A DNA stretch of 63,995 nucleotides, the filler included, from Stramenopiles sp. TOSAG23-3 (lineage: Eukaryota): assembly GCA_900128585.1 (NCBI GenBank). It is 4 parts of 4 records of this genome, joined end to end, with 100 filler letters (N's around TTAATTAATTAA, not from the genome) between each part and the next. Parts side by side here need not be neighbours in the genome. Positions count along the whole stretch, not along the records: positions 32,913 to 49,228 come from LT642493.1; positions 49,329 to 63,995 come from LT642550.1; 2 more parts are not named here. One strand, written 5' to 3'. The notes under the pieces were generated by a model. It was given only the letters and a program-made list of their open reading frames with translations, was not told where the DNA came from and ran no database searches. The position numbers and the translations under genes are program-made. Positions 42,993 through 55,934 of the stretch are shown piece by piece (the stretch's first letter is position 1; the number at the start of each line of letters is the position of its first letter).

Positions 42993-44024
42993 TCACAGCC
43001 TGCTCTGCTGTGAAGTTGCGAACAAACGTTGCTTCATGGCATTACTGAAATCGTCCAGGAACGCGTGGCAGTCCGCGGTTCCTGCGACACCTTCAAGCAT
43101 CCAAAAAATGTGCATCCCAGGGTAAGTTTTCACAACAGCATCATCGCTGTTGTTCGCAGATCTTTGCAGGGCTTTTCCGTACGCGACACCTTCAGAAATT
43201 AAAGGGTCGTGACTCGCTACGGCAATCCAGGCCGGGGGCAAATTGTCGAAAGATGACGCTTTGATAGGCGACACCCGCCAGTCGTCCCATATCTCTGGTG
43301 CGTTGCTGGAGGTGTAGTTGTCACGAAACTCTAGCATTGCTTCGGACGTCAAGAAATAATCGCTTCCAAATGCTGCATGGCTTTTTGTTGACATGTTCGA
43401 CAAGTCAAATGCACCGCAAAGCGGCGCCTGTACCTTTATGTTTCTTGCGTAGATACTATCACGTGCCATCAATGAACAAACCGCAGCAATGTTACCACCC
43501 GCACTGTCACCCGCCAGTGCAATACTTTCATTGTCGACTAAATGGTGCAACGTACTTGAACTCCTGCCAGACGCTACCCATTCGAACACGTCGTAGAAAT
43601 CTTCTATTGCCGCCGGAAATTTGTACTCTGGGCTAAGCCGGTAATCCACAGACACACACACAGCACCGATTTTGCGGCAACAAGTTTGCAGGAAATTGTG
43701 ATAATCAAGGGGCGTTCCCAACGTCCAACCCCCCCCGTGCGCGTACAACATGATGGGAAGCCTGCCTTCGTGGGTTTGAGGAAAATACGCGATGCAAGGA
43801 ATGTCTCGTTTGTTACTGCGAGACGGAACAGCGATCCGCTCCGTTCGAACATTGGCCTTTACATCGGCAGATAATTTCAAACCGAAATTTTTCAGTAAAC
43901 CAGAGTACCCCGCCCGCTTCTCTTCTAAAGTTACCACGGGGGCTCTTTTCTTTGGGGCGTGATACATTTTCAAAAAACGCTTCGTTGCCGCGTTCAACGA
44001 ATACTTGTACTTCCCGGTCGCCAT
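42993..44024 (-). CDS. Hormone-sensitive-lipase family esterase (alpha/beta hydrolase 3) with C-terminal SRL
   Basis: HGGGW, DYRLSPE, GDSAGG, HDPL and GMH motifs; ends QQSRL*. Confidence 0.9.
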   Translation of the reverse strand: MATGKYKYSLNAATKRFLKMYHAPKKRAPVVTLEEKRAGYSGLLKNFGLKLSADVKANVRTERIAVPSRSNKRDIPCIAYFPQTHEGRLPIMLYAHGGGWTLGTPLDYHNFLQTCCRKIGAVCVSVDYRLSPEYKFPAAIEDFYDVFEWVASGRSSSTLHHLVDNESIALAGDSAGGNIAAVCSLMARDSIYARNIKVQAPLCGAFDLSNMSTKSHAAFGSDYFLTSEAMLEFRDNYTSSNAPEIWDDWRVSPIKASSFDNLPPAWIAVASHDPLISEGVAYGKALQRSANNSDDAVVKTYPGMHIFWMLEGVAGTADCHAFLDDFSNAMKQRLFATSQQSRL

Positions 44025-44424
44025 CGACTGTTTAAGTCTTTTGCCCACACTGCTGAAACGATCTTTGCCTTATAACATATTATTGAGGCGTAAAAGGGCT
44101 GGTAAATAGCTTCTTCTTTCAACACTATAAAGTGCGCGTCCGCAATAATAATATACTGACAAATCGTTTTGAACTTGTGAGACTTGCCAATAATGCTGGA
44201 AGAAGAGGAGAAATTATTACTACTCCTCGTATATATTCGATCGACGACGAATTATTATAATAATATTATTAGTCTATAATAATTTTTTTATTATTATTAT
44301 TATATATTATTATTTACTATATTTTTTCGATATTAGATGACGACTACTACTAATAATTATAATATTACGAAGTACGATATATAAGAAACAAGCACAACAA
44401 CAAGATAGAAAAAGAAGAACTTCA

Positions 44425-46938
44425 TCATTGTTCTTTCGCTGTCAATTCAATGGAAGACGATTCGGTGCCAGAGCGATTATCCCCTGTGATTGCCTTATCC
44501 GTATCCTTATCCTCAGGATCAACCTCCTCTTCGTCTTTTGTTTGGGCGTTCCAACTCTTTGCATACTCCCCATCCAGTTGCATGAGCTCTTGGTGGGTGC
44601 CTTTCTCGTGTATCAAACCATCCTTCAACACAATGATCTGGTCGCTGTCTTGGATAGTACTTAGTCGGTGGGCAATCACCAGCTGCGTGCGGCCTCGAGT
44701 CAAATTGGACAGAGCGTTCTGAATGGCCATCTCTGTTATTGAATCCAACGCGCTTGTCGCTTCGTCGAGGACTACAATGGGGGGGTCCTTCAGCAAGCAG
44801 CGGGCAATCGCAACCCGTTGTTTCTCTCCACCGCTCAGCTTCAGGCCCCTCTCTCCAACGTGGGTTTCCCACTGTTTGCCAAGGGAAAGGATAAACTCAA
44901 GAATGTTCGCGTTCCTCGCCGCCGTTTCTAGCTCTTCGTCGCTAGCTCCTTGGTTTCCGTATCGAATGTTGTGCCGTATGCTCTCATTGAACAGCACAGT
45001 ATCTTGGGGGACGACACCAATCGACCCCCGCAGCGTCTTTTGGGTTACAGACGATATATCTTGCCCATCGATCTTAATTTTTCCGGCAGTAACGTTGTAG
45101 AATCGAAACAAAAGCCTCGACACGGTGGTCTTGCCTGCGCCCGTGTGGCCAACAATGGCGGTCTTGGAACCGGCCTTGCACGTGAACGATATCCCATGTA
45201 TACCTTTGGTCTTTTCGCCGGGGTACTGGAAAACTACGTTTTCGAACTCAATGGACGCGCCGCAGTTTTTATCTTTGACCTGCAATGCTTTCGCTCCGTC
45301 GACATCATAAATGTCCGGCCTCAGCTTCAGCAGCTCGCTCAAGTTTGTCATGTCAACCATGGCCTGGATGATAACTCCGTAGATCGTGCCAAGAAAGCTC
45401 AACGGGGCAAACAGCTGAGATATATATGCCAGCACGCTGACAAAATCTCCGACCTGGTCGGCCGGGTTGGACCCTTTCGTCTGCAAAATCTGGATTGCCA
45501 TGATGCCAAGGCCGAAGAACGTGGTTAGCTTGATATCCAACTGTTGCAGCGTGTTCAGAAGCCCAAGGCTGGCTTGGGTGCTCACCGTGTGCTTTTGGAA
45601 CTTCCCAACAGCCTCGATGAACCGGTCCTTCTCTCGCTCTTCTGTTGCGAAATATTTCACCGTTTCAAAGTTTATCAAACTGTCCGTGGCAATGTCGTGG
45701 TACTTGTTGTCCTGCCGGTTTGCCTTTTTTCTGAACTTTTTTCTCCACATCGTAATCTTTACCGTAAGCACAATGTAGATGGAAAACGAGAGGAACGCGA
45801 CCACCGCCAATTGCGGGGATTGGAACCGAACGTAGAAAATAACAAACGTGATCGCACACTCGATCAGCGATGGGATCAAGTACAACACCAGGTAGTTCAT
45901 CACGGAGTCCGCGCTGCTGATTCCTCTGTCCATGATCCGAAGCACGTGGCCGATTTTTTTCTTCAAGTGCCAATCCAAAGACAGGGAGTGGAGGTGGGAA
46001 AATGTCGACTCCGCAATTTCTGCAAACGCCTTCTGCTTCACCTTCAGGTACACCAGCTTTTGCAGCTCTTTGAACGCCCCGGAGAGCCATCCCGCAAGGA
46101 AGTACAGAAACAAGTATACCCATGGCACTTCGCCCTTGGTGACGAGCTGCTGTGTGGCTTGACCAATGAACAGAGGGGCCAGAATGTTGCACGCCTTCGA
46201 AGACATCATGATGAAAAATGTGCTAATGGCCCTAACTTTCGGGGTGCAGCCCTTCGGCCAAAAGTATGGTCGAAGGATGTACAGCATATCGCTGACTTTC
46301 AACGTATTCGAGTTCTTTCCGTCATAAAATCTTGCCCGTGGATCTTCGGTCTCCTCCTCCTTCTTCGCGCCCTTCTTTTGACTCTCAATGTCGCTCGATT
46401 TTCCGCCCACCTCGTTGCGTTTTTTCTCTGCATCGTCCTCCAGGGCTTTCACAAGTTTTACCAGCACACGAATTGCCTCGTTGTTCCGCCGGTGCTCGAG
46501 CCCCCCCAGGACGGTGGAAAGAATGGGCAGTGCGATCTGCCACCATTCCACCACCGTTCCCGTAACGCCACACACGAGAAAAAACTTAGCAGTGGTGAGG
46601 ATGACCGATGATCCACTCACCCAGTACATTACTTGAGTGCCCACCTTGTTCGCAGCCGGGCTGGTCAGCGCGAACAACACAAGTGCGAGGACGCACCGTA
46701 AAATGCTCAACAGAAAGACGTCGAACATGGAGATGTTCACGTCGTATGAGAGGATTTCAACACTCTCGAACCAAGAAATCTTTGTACTATACCCCCCTGC
46801 AAAGTAAATTAGGCACGTCAAAGTCAAATCTCCCACACCAAGCAAGGCCGACCATTTCTTTTTTGTGCCGTAAATTTCCAAAGCGTGCTCCGACAGACTC
46901 TTTCTCGCCGCACCGTCCGTCCCAACAACTGCTGCCAT
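44425..46938 (-). CDS. ABCB half-transporter of HMT1/ABCB6 type (N-terminal TM extension)
   Basis: HLHSLSLDWH, DSLINFETVKYF, Walker A GHTGAGKT, LSGGEKQR, LDEATSALD and IAHRLST. Confidence 0.92.
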   Translation of the reverse strand: MAAVVGTDGAARKSLSEHALEIYGTKKKWSALLGVGDLTLTCLIYFAGGYSTKISWFESVEILSYDVNISMFDVFLLSILRCVLALVLFALTSPAANKVGTQVMYWVSGSSVILTTAKFFLVCGVTGTVVEWWQIALPILSTVLGGLEHRRNNEAIRVLVKLVKALEDDAEKKRNEVGGKSSDIESQKKGAKKEEETEDPRARFYDGKNSNTLKVSDMLYILRPYFWPKGCTPKVRAISTFFIMMSSKACNILAPLFIGQATQQLVTKGEVPWVYLFLYFLAGWLSGAFKELQKLVYLKVKQKAFAEIAESTFSHLHSLSLDWHLKKKIGHVLRIMDRGISSADSVMNYLVLYLIPSLIECAITFVIFYVRFQSPQLAVVAFLSFSIYIVLTVKITMWRKKFRKKANRQDNKYHDIATDSLINFETVKYFATEEREKDRFIEAVGKFQKHTVSTQASLGLLNTLQQLDIKLTTFFGLGIMAIQILQTKGSNPADQVGDFVSVLAYISQLFAPLSFLGTIYGVIIQAMVDMTNLSELLKLRPDIYDVDGAKALQVKDKNCGASIEFENVVFQYPGEKTKGIHGISFTCKAGSKTAIVGHTGAGKTTVSRLLFRFYNVTAGKIKIDGQDISSVTQKTLRGSIGVVPQDTVLFNESIRHNIRYGNQGASDEELETAARNANILEFILSLGKQWETHVGERGLKLSGGEKQRVAIARCLLKDPPIVVLDEATSALDSITEMAIQNALSNLTRGRTQLVIAHRLSTIQDSDQIIVLKDGLIHEKGTHQELMQLDGEYAKSWNAQTKDEEEVDPEDKDTDKAITGDNRSGTESSSIELTAKEQ

Positions 46939-47397
46939 GCTGATATAAATTCGATTTAAATTGAAAACGGCTTCGTCTCCTTGGGTTGGTTAAAAGAATG
47001 CAAAACACGAAATAAAATAGTACGAACACCATGACATTCATTTATTTCATCTCATTTCTTTCCATTTTTCTTCATTCGTACAAATTACAAACGTGCAGCA
47101 GACATACTTCCCTTCATTCTTTTCTTGAAGTTAAAAGTGAAAAAATAATGTCTATACTGTGTAGTTGTATTAAAATATATTTATCCAAGTTTTTTTCATA
47201 ATTTTTTGAATTTATATTTTAAATTCTTCTTCTCATTTTCTCATTTCTTGCAAAGTTGTACTTTTGAAGAATGATGATGCTGTGATAATGTTATTAGTCG
47301 TTTTATAAAATATATGCAATATATAATAATATGTACGGTGAGAAGAGTGCCAAATGCCAAAAGAAGGGGGAGGAGGTCAGAAGAGACTAAGGCGGAC

Positions 47398-47603
47398 CAA
47401 ATAAGTCATAATTAAGGATATGTATTATATATGCTATGTTCATGTAATGAGGTATACTTTATCACTTTTTTAATTCTATTTATATATTATTAATATGAAT
47501 AAAGTGATTTCATCTAAATCCATACATTTACAATGACCTTATCATAACAAATTGATTATATATATACATTTTCCCTTAATTTTGGATTATATTGTCTCTC
47601 TCC
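47398..47603. mobile_element. Second, more diverged copy of the MITE-like element
   Basis: caaataagtcataattaaggatatgt...tatatatacattttcccttaatt is colinear with 13620-13808. Confidence 0.65.
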
Positions 47604-48104
47604 AGAAGCGAGAAGAGACTAAAGGGCATATTATGGCATACATTCATTTTGCCTCTTTGCCTCTTTGCCACTCTTTTCGTTGTCGATCCAATTGTGAGCC
47701 ACATCTGATAGAGTTATTATTATAAACCAATCGATTCAGTCCGTCCTCCATACTACTACGGGTATATTTATTATTTTATTATTTTAGCTTTTTTCATAGT
47801 AGTATTTTATTCATCGCATCATCCATCGCATCTTCTATTTACCAATTTATAATAATAATATCATCGATCGATGTTGTTTTTTTTATTACAAAAAAAACTC
47901 TAACAACTATAATACCATCAATGTTTATTCTTGTCATTATTTTAGAAACGTTTCTGTAGGACGGTTGAACAGTCCACGGATTCAAAGGTTGTTCTACGTG
48001 TCTGTTTGATTGGTGCACATTCGGGGTATTCAATAAGTTATAGTTTCGTTTCTGTAGCGTTGTAGACTTTTAGAAAAGCTGGTCTAAAGAGGAGTCTACC
48101 CAAT

Positions 48105-49228
48105 ATGCGTTCGTGGCGAACTGCGTTTCCGGTGGTCGGGAGATACTCTCGGTTGGTTGGTCCTGCCTTTTCGACGGGTGGTGGTACGGGGACCGAACGC
48201 AGGTTGCGGGGCCGGGCAAGGGCACATCAGCTAGGCGTTCGACAGGCCTCCTCCGGCTCTGCCGCAGCACTTCCGAACGAAGCGCACGCCACGAGCACGT
48301 TAGTGGATCGATTTGGCCGTCAGCACACCTATTTGAGACTGTCGATGACAGAAAAGTGCAACTTGCGATGCCAGTATTGCATGCCGGAAGACGGCATTCC
48401 CCTGCAGCACCAAGAGAAGCTGTTGTCTGGCGAGGAGCTCGTAGAAATTGCTGACATGTTTATTAGCGAAGGAGTGGATAAAATCAGGCTGACCGGGGGG
48501 GAGCCCTTGCTGAGCCCGCACGTCGACTACGTGTGCGAAAACGTGGGGGCCAACGAAGCGATCAGCCTGCTAGGGATAACGACAAACGGGCTGCTGCTGC
48601 CGCGAAAGCTACCCAAGCTTTTAGATTACGGAGTCAATCGCATTAACGTCAGCTTGGACACGCTGGTCGAGCCAAAATTTGAATTTTTAACTCGGAGACG
48701 GGGTCTTCACCGCGTGCTGCAGTCCATCGACGACGCTGTCGTGGCGCAGGAAGAGCAGAATCAAAGGGGGTGGGCGAATGCCGGGTCCGGGGCACCCCGC
48801 CCCCCACTCGAGGTTAAAATGAACGTGGTGATGATGAAGAATGTGAATGACGACGAAATCTGCGATTTTGTAGAGTTTACTCGGGAGCGCCCGGTGAACG
48901 TCCGATTCATAGAGTTTATGCCGTTCAATGACAACAAGTGGAACCATGACAAATTCTTGAGCTACAAGCATGCTCTGGGAATGATATGCGCAGATTCCCG
49001 TTTTCAAGATAGTGACGGGAACCCTCTGGTGCAACCCCTGAAGAACCATCCCAACGATACTTCAAAAGGCTTCAAAGTGGACGGGTTCGCAGGGCAGATC
49101 GGCTTCATTTCTTCCATGACGGAGAATTTTTGTAGAGGCTGCAATCGCGTAAGAGTGACCGCTGACGGAGATCTGAAAGTATGTTTGTTTGGAGACGAAA
49201 ACGACAGTGTCTCGCTCCGTGATATTAT
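48105..49228 (+). CDS. MOCS1: GTP 3',8-cyclase (MoaA/MOCS1A/CNX2), 3' truncated by the contig end
   Basis: DRFGRQHTYLRLS, radical-SAM motif CNLRCQYC, RLTGGEP, RFIEFMP and FCRGCNRVR...KVC. Confidence 0.95.
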
Positions 49229-49328
49229 NNNNNNNNNNNNNNNNNNNNNNNNNNNNNNNNNNNNNNNNNNNNTTAATTAATTAANNNNNNNNNNNNNNNN
49301 NNNNNNNNNNNNNNNNNNNNNNNNNNNN
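49229..49328. other. Artificial contig linker
   Basis: N44-TTAATTAATTAA-N44. Confidence 0.98.
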
Positions 49329-49340
49329 AATTACAGAACC

Positions 49341-49930
49341 AAGTTAGGATTAGGGTACGACGAAGCTAAATTTAATTACTTAAATAACAGCCAATTTTCT
49401 TGTTTAAGATATCATATAATTTTTTTAAAGTAATTAAAATTTATCTTCTTCATATACCGCGAAAGTGAATCTGCTCCTTTTGTCCACTACAGGTTTACGT
49501 TCCTTCATATACTGCGAACTTATCTCTGCTCCAGAGATTTTACTAATCAATATCCCTTGTCACTTGGTCGTGAGTATCATTCCCGTGTGTACTCCATGCA
49601 TGCTCCGAATCGGTAGATGGATTTGCGCCGATGGCATGTCTCACTCGTAAATGAATCAGTCCTTGTGCGGTTCTCCAAGCAGCGGCGTGATTGTTTGAAA
49701 GGTGCTCGTTGTCTGTCTTGTGAACCAGCCAGGGAATCGTCATTTGTGAGTTGAGGTGTAGGGAGAGGGTCGTTTGGGTAGATGTGCGTAATTGGCATTT
49801 GTGGGTTCTGTTGCAATGGTGAAGATTCGGTGTGCAGTGCTAATGGTTGTGGTTCTTCGGAGGGCTGTTGGTATCTCATCCTGCTGGCGATACTATGGTC
49901 CCCTTCCTCTTGATGATTGCATTGAGGATT
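49341..49930 (-). mobile_element. Terminal module (49341-49405) next to a ~500-bp family A copy on the minus strand
   Basis: 49428-49930 aligns with the reverse complement of 62830-63290. Confidence 0.82.
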
Positions 49931-50248
49931 GTACTTCTGTGTCGTCATAATATTAAAACAAAATTCTTTTTCTTAAAGCAGATATCGCTTCCAGCGCTTT
50001 ACATGATTTGTTTCCTGTGCTGCGTAATTTGGTTTCACAGAAATCTCACCCCGCGCTGCGCAGGCAATGTTCCCTGGACTAGGATAGGGTAATGCTCGAC
50101 GGAGGCCGGACTAGAGGACTGTACTTCACTAAATCCACCCCAAAAACGATTTGAAGTGGAACCCAAGTTTCACCACATTAGGGAAAACAGAGGGGCAAAT
50201 CCGCGCGGCGCATTCGCCCTGTTTTGTTAAGCTTCAAATAAATCTTTT

Positions 50249-51493
50249 TCATAATGATAAAAGCATGCGAGAAGGATTTTCAAGTTTGTCGCATATTGTA
50301 CGAAGGAATGTCACAGCTTCTCGACCATCAATTAATCTGTGGTCATATGTCAAGGCAAGATACATAATAGGCCTGGGTAAGATTTCATTTCCCACAACCG
50401 TTGGCCTGTTCTTAATTGCATGCATGCCTAAAATTGCAGATTGGGGAGGGTTTATGATGGGGGTTCCCAGCATGGAACCAAAAACTCCTCCATTAGATAT
50501 AGTGAAAGTACCACCAGACATCTCCTCCAGGGATAGAGCATCATTTGATGCTTTGGTTGAATAGATAGAAATATTTTTTTCCACGTCCAAAAACGTCATG
50601 GAATCAACATTCCTTAACACAGGAACAACCAGTCCACGTGGTGATGCAACAGCTATACTAATGTCTACATAATCTCGATAAATCACCTCATTAGTTTCAT
50701 CATCGATAACAGCATTCACAGAGGGGTTCGATTGCAAACTTTCAGCGCAGGCTTTTACGAAGAAAGACATAAACCCCAATTTCACGCCGTGTTGCTCTTC
50801 AAATTCGCCCTTATAACTGTTACGTATTTTTACCACATTTGTCATATCCACTTCATTGAAAGTAGTCAACATTGCCGTGGTATTCTGTGAATCTTTCAGG
50901 CGCTGCGCTATACGCCTGCGCATGCGAGACATTTTTACTCGCCGTTCTTCGCGAAAGGTAGAAGTGCCATCATCATCCTCTACAGAAGAAGCATTTGAGT
51001 GGATCTTTTTGGCAACGGAAGCCTCCGTCTTGATGGGATCGCTTTCTCGCGGCACCTTCGCGCCTTGGGCGCTAATTAATTGATCAACGTCGCTTGCAAT
51101 TACATTGCCTACTTCGATTAAACATAGTGGGGTCCCTACTTCAACAGAATCATCTGTACTAACAATAATGTCGTGGACCGTCCCACTTACCGGAGAACGG
51201 ACGTCAACAGAAACCTTGTCCGTTTCGATGACAGCAACAACATCGTCGATCGCACAAACGTCCCCAGTCTGCTTTTGGAATTCTACGACAGTGCCTTCAG
51301 TTATCGAATCTCCCAAAGATGGAACAATTAACTTATAATGATCGCTTGAGGTTGAAAATGTGTGGACCAACGAACCAAAGGGATAGAATCTGCCGAGCAA
51401 CGGTGTAAGTTGATTCTCCAACTTTGTGGTTTTTAATAGACCAGAGCCGTTTTTGAAGAGTCTACTTCGAGACTGTAGTCTGTGAAACAACAT
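50249..51493 (-). CDS. DLST: Dihydrolipoamide succinyltransferase (2-oxoglutarate dehydrogenase E2)
   Basis: Lipoyl domain [29 protein letters not shown] and catalytic DHRLIDG. Confidence 0.95.
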   Translation of the reverse strand: MLFHRLQSRSRLFKNGSGLLKTTKLENQLTPLLGRFYPFGSLVHTFSTSSDHYKLIVPSLGDSITEGTVVEFQKQTGDVCAIDDVVAVIETDKVSVDVRSPVSGTVHDIIVSTDDSVEVGTPLCLIEVGNVIASDVDQLISAQGAKVPRESDPIKTEASVAKKIHSNASSVEDDDGTSTFREERRVKMSRMRRRIAQRLKDSQNTTAMLTTFNEVDMTNVVKIRNSYKGEFEEQHGVKLGFMSFFVKACAESLQSNPSVNAVIDDETNEVIYRDYVDISIAVASPRGLVVPVLRNVDSMTFLDVEKNISIYSTKASNDALSLEEMSGGTFTISNGGVFGSMLGTPIINPPQSAILGMHAIKNRPTVVGNEILPRPIMYLALTYDHRLIDGREAVTFLRTICDKLENPSRMLLSL

Positions 51494-53759
51494 TAGAAGA
51501 AACTTATTTCGTTCAGATATGTATTCTATATGTTAGAATACCCTGTGGTGGTTGTGGCGTGGGGTCAAGGCTGTTCTAGAAACGCCCAGTTTATTGCAGA
51601 GAAACAAAGTGTAAAGGGAGTGAAAACCAAGCAGTAAGATTTGCCGCTACACTCACAATGTGATTTTTAATGGCGTGTGGAATTACATCCATCACTGGGC
51701 AGCTGGGTGGTGGTGGTGGTGGTGGTGGTATTTTTATAGTTTCATGATGGTGTGAATAATTGTGAGTTTAATAGCTAAATATTGGGAAGGCTATCATATG
51801 AAATTTATATATCTTAGAGCTATTCAATGTATGAAGCTGCTGACAAATAGAATAAAAACTGAACGGCGCTCAAAGTAAACAGGTTGTTGACGTAATTAAT
51901 TTTTGGTCAGTTTTCCTTAGAACAGTTCTTAATAAGAGAGCAGGTAATTTTATTTTTTACACTTTTTTCACATTGATTTAACAAGTAGCATACTGGAATG
52001 TTACGTTTAGGCAGGAATGTTCAGACAGCATATATAAGCCGTGTAAGAAAACAAGAAACAAAGAATAATGTGAATTTGAAGGGTGTTCCTTCCAAGTGAT
52101 TCATGTCGCATTTTAAAATTATTTTGGAAACCAACCCAATGATATGCCTACGTAATAATTATCCCATTTTACCGCACACTAAAACTTTATTATTTTAAGG
52201 TTTGATATGCATTTAAGTACAACTGTATATCCTATCAAAACACGTAATAAGGAATAATTAATAAAAAAGTAGATTTATATATTAAGGTATTGCTTGTAAA
52301 ATATGAACTTCAGAGAGGGGAAGGTAGTCACTCGTCTACTATTTTCCATGGTTCCTGGAACTTTTTTATTTCCAGCTGCCAAAATGCTCGATAATGCCTC
52401 TGAAACTGAGGGTTTTATTTTACTTGATGTTGTATATATCACACTAACCTATCAAAATAAAGAAGTGTATACACTTTTTCCCTTCTACTACTAAACAACT
52501 AAATTTTTTATGATGATGGATGATGGACGCAAATTCTACTTTTCATCGCTTCGTACTGTGTGCCCTTGTTCCCCTTCTACTACTCACTAAACACGCCCAA
52601 TGCTATGTAATACAAAAAAATGGTTCCCCCCCTCCCTTTTTTCGTATCAGGTCCTTAAAACCCAAAACTTCATGATTTGAACGACTGTCATATTCCTTAA
52701 ATCAGCAGGGTGGGTCATCGTGCCGGGAGGTACCTCTAAATATAATAATATACAGAAAAACATCATTTTGTCAGCACGAACTAACTACTCACAATAGAAA
52801 ATGTACAAAAGCTGCAAAGAAGCGAAGAAGAAAAACACTGAAACACAATAACAAAGATTCCCTTCCCTCGAAGTGCACGGGTGTCAACATCTTAAAATAA
52901 ATTATGTATCTTTCTGTTTCTGTACAAGTAAGTGTTAATTTAAACTTCAAAGTGTTCTGTACAATTAATTCAAATTGCAGGTAGGATAAAAATAAATTTA
53001 GAGTACAGCTAGTACGAAAACTTTTGTCCCAATCATATATAGAAATACCATAGGTGATTTGTCCCGATATCAATACCATGGGCGTTTTTTCGTTTTCTGT
53101 TTGATTGGTCAACGTTTGAATTTGTGCTATAAATAGCGCATCCCCAACCCTCCTTAAAAAGTAAGAAAGGGCAGGGTCATTGCCAAACGGCAGCTGGAAA
53201 TACATCATTTTGCATAGACGAGATTTAGATAGGAATTTGTACTTATTTGATTCAAGTGAGTTCCCATCAGAGCATAGAATAAACCTAGTGTACTACCAAA
53301 AGAAAGAAGACACAAGGAGAGAAGCAAAAAAGCGGAGGCAAAATTGTGCCGAAACAAAATTTGTAATTCGCCTTAATAGACGACTCTTAGTACTACGGGT
53401 GAAAAATATTCAAGTAGTATAATGAATATTCGTACTTAAAAGTTATTTTTTATATTAATTATTAAATTTAATAAAAAAAAAAGACCACTACTTCTCGGCA
53501 TCGAAAAGTGCCATCGGCTTGTAGACTTGTAAAGCCGTCGTCTCCTACTCCACACTTTTTTTAGTGATACCGCAATCTTGGTTCCCATCTGGAGGGCTAA
53601 AGTTCTAAGCAACGGACTTCTTCTACTCATTTCAAAAGCAACGGGCTAGGTCCATTTCTACTTACATTTCACACAAGCATGCGAGCTACAATAATAAATA
53701 AAACTAGTATTCAATAATTACTAACTCATTTCTACGCAAGTCAAAAGGCCCACGTTGCG

Positions 53760-55601
53760 ATGGAGCAGAGGCAAGGAAACAACATAAAACAAGGGACAGC
53801 ATATGTCTTTATGCTACATATTCCCCATATTCCGGACCACTCATCTGCCGGACTTGGTTACTCCAACGGCATTGCCAAGATTGAACAATCATTCAGTTTT
53901 GCAAACTCTAAAAGAAACGAAGAACGTGGGGCGAGGAAAAGTCTGAGCGTCCTTCCACCCAGCAAAAAGCCTCAGTCTCCCACTTGCAGTGATCAGGAGC
54001 AGGATGATGGAGCCGCAGATCCCAGAGGTGGAAGAACTTTTGCAACAGGGGTACAAGATGTACTTGAAGGAATACTAGACCATATTACACAACCAACATG
54101 GCTACAAGATTTTGCCCCAGAAAGACGGGAAAAACTTGACCACCCCCCAAGTACAAATATTGCAGCGGGGCATATTGTTATTTTTACCACACAATATGTA
54201 GATCTGGTTCTGAACCGGTTAAAACGTTTCGGTGTCGGCACGGCAGATCATGGCACGATGACGATATTTCCATCAAGTTTACAGTATGGTAGTGGGCCTC
54301 AAATGGGAGTCCTTCCCGGAGATGACAAAAGGCTTATTCATACAGATAATTCTGGTGACAATAATATGCACGTCGATGGTACTAACTTCGTTTCTAATTT
54401 TCTCAATTCCGTAAATTCGAGGGTAGTTGTAGAAGAAGTCATAGGTAATGTTCGCGCCGGTGCAATTTTTTCGTTCGACTATTTGCTGTTAGTAATTGTG
54501 GCATCAATGATAGCTGCTGTCGGTTTGGGCTCAAATAATGTTGTTGCTATTGTTGCGAGTATGCTTGTTTCTCCCATTGTAAGTAAAATCATCCATGAGT
54601 GCCTGTCTATTCTAGTACTAACTTTTGTACTTTTGTTGTATTTCACTGCATTGGCGTGTGCTGCTTGCATTCTGCATGTGTAGATGGGTCCCATTTTAGC
54701 CATAACCTTTGGAATCACAACATTTCAAAAAGACTTAATATTTATAGGCTTACGAACTGAAATCATTAGTTTGTTATTATGTATTTTAATGGGTGCGATT
54801 GTTGCATGCGGTATGCATCTGTTTGGAGCGCCACAGATTTTTAAGTGGCCAACTGATGAAATGGGTAGTAGAGGAGAATGGACTGGGATTCTAGTGAGTA
54901 TATTTATAGCACTACCGTCAGGCGTTGGCGTCGCCTTGTCTGTGCTCGGGAACAATACTAGTAGCCTTGTCGGCGTAGCAATTTCAGCCAGTTTATTGCC
55001 GCCTGCTGTAAATACAGGAATGTGTATTGCGTATTATTTTATCTCGTTAGATGACCCCGAAATTTCAACTGAAGAGTTAGGGGAAATAGGTGGTATCAGT
55101 TTTCTTTTGACTCTAATTAATATTATTATCATTGTGTGCATGGCATTGCTTATCTTTAAAATCAAGGAAGTGTTTACTATTCCTGGTGATTCATTGTTTT
55201 GGGCAAATGATATTCAAGCGTTTAGAAATGCTACGAATGCTATAAAGAATAAAAAAGAAGGTGAGAAAATGCTTCAGAAAATAAAAGACCTAATGCAAGA
55301 AGGCAAAGTAGAGAATAAGATGCATAATTTACAGTCCATGAATTCTAATTTCAAGAATGCGGTTGGAACAAAAACTCAGAAAAAATCGGTTGAACTAAAC
55401 CAAGGGGGATTCCGCAACCATAAAAATGATAGAACTATATCTAGAGGCATGTTAAAACCTCCAAAAACGGAAGTCAACATATTCCATTTTGTTGATCTTG
55501 CCGCCAAAGATCTAGCAACTGATCAATGCGATTTAAGTGCAGTGGATGTATATAGTACTTCTGAACATGCTGGGGTGAAAGATATATTTAGTGAAATGTA
55601 G
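53760..55601 (+). CDS. DUF389-family membrane protein; exons 53760-54578 and 54684-55601
   Basis: Splicing gives ASMLVSPI|MGPI; SLVGVAISASLLPPAVN is present. Confidence 0.8.
54579..54683 (+). other. Spliceosomal intron, 105 nt, phase 0
   Basis: GTAAGT donor, TACTAAC at 54616-54622, TAG acceptor. Confidence 0.88.
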
Positions 55602-55934
55602 ATCTAGATAATAACTTTATCGAAAGTGAACACGACTGCTTTCCAGCATGCAATACGATCCGATGTGTTCTTAATGCGATACCTGTCAATAAATATGTCT
55701 TTCCATGCAAATTGCTTTTCTACCAAAATTTGTTTTCTATCAAATATATGGTTTAGGAAGAAGGTACATACATACGACCAGAAAGAGTCGCAGACGCACC
55801 GGTTTACCAACTCTCTCGCCACCACCCAAGATGACACGAAACGAGTATTTAGCCCACGGACAAAAAAACAATATGACCCGATTTACTTGTTAATAGTTCG
55901 TCTTACTCGCATGATGGAAAGAGAACGGCCCACG

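Noticed and set aside
16362-49328. TTAATTAATTAA palindrome in N runs recurring every ~16.4 kb
   Set aside because: It is a synthetic six-frame-stop linker. The inner contigs are 16351 and 16316 bp, consistent with size-sorted concatenation, so gene adjacency across linkers is meaningless.
52780-53630. Short ORFs between DLST and DUF389
   Set aside because: Fragmented with no recognisable homology, so they cannot be called.
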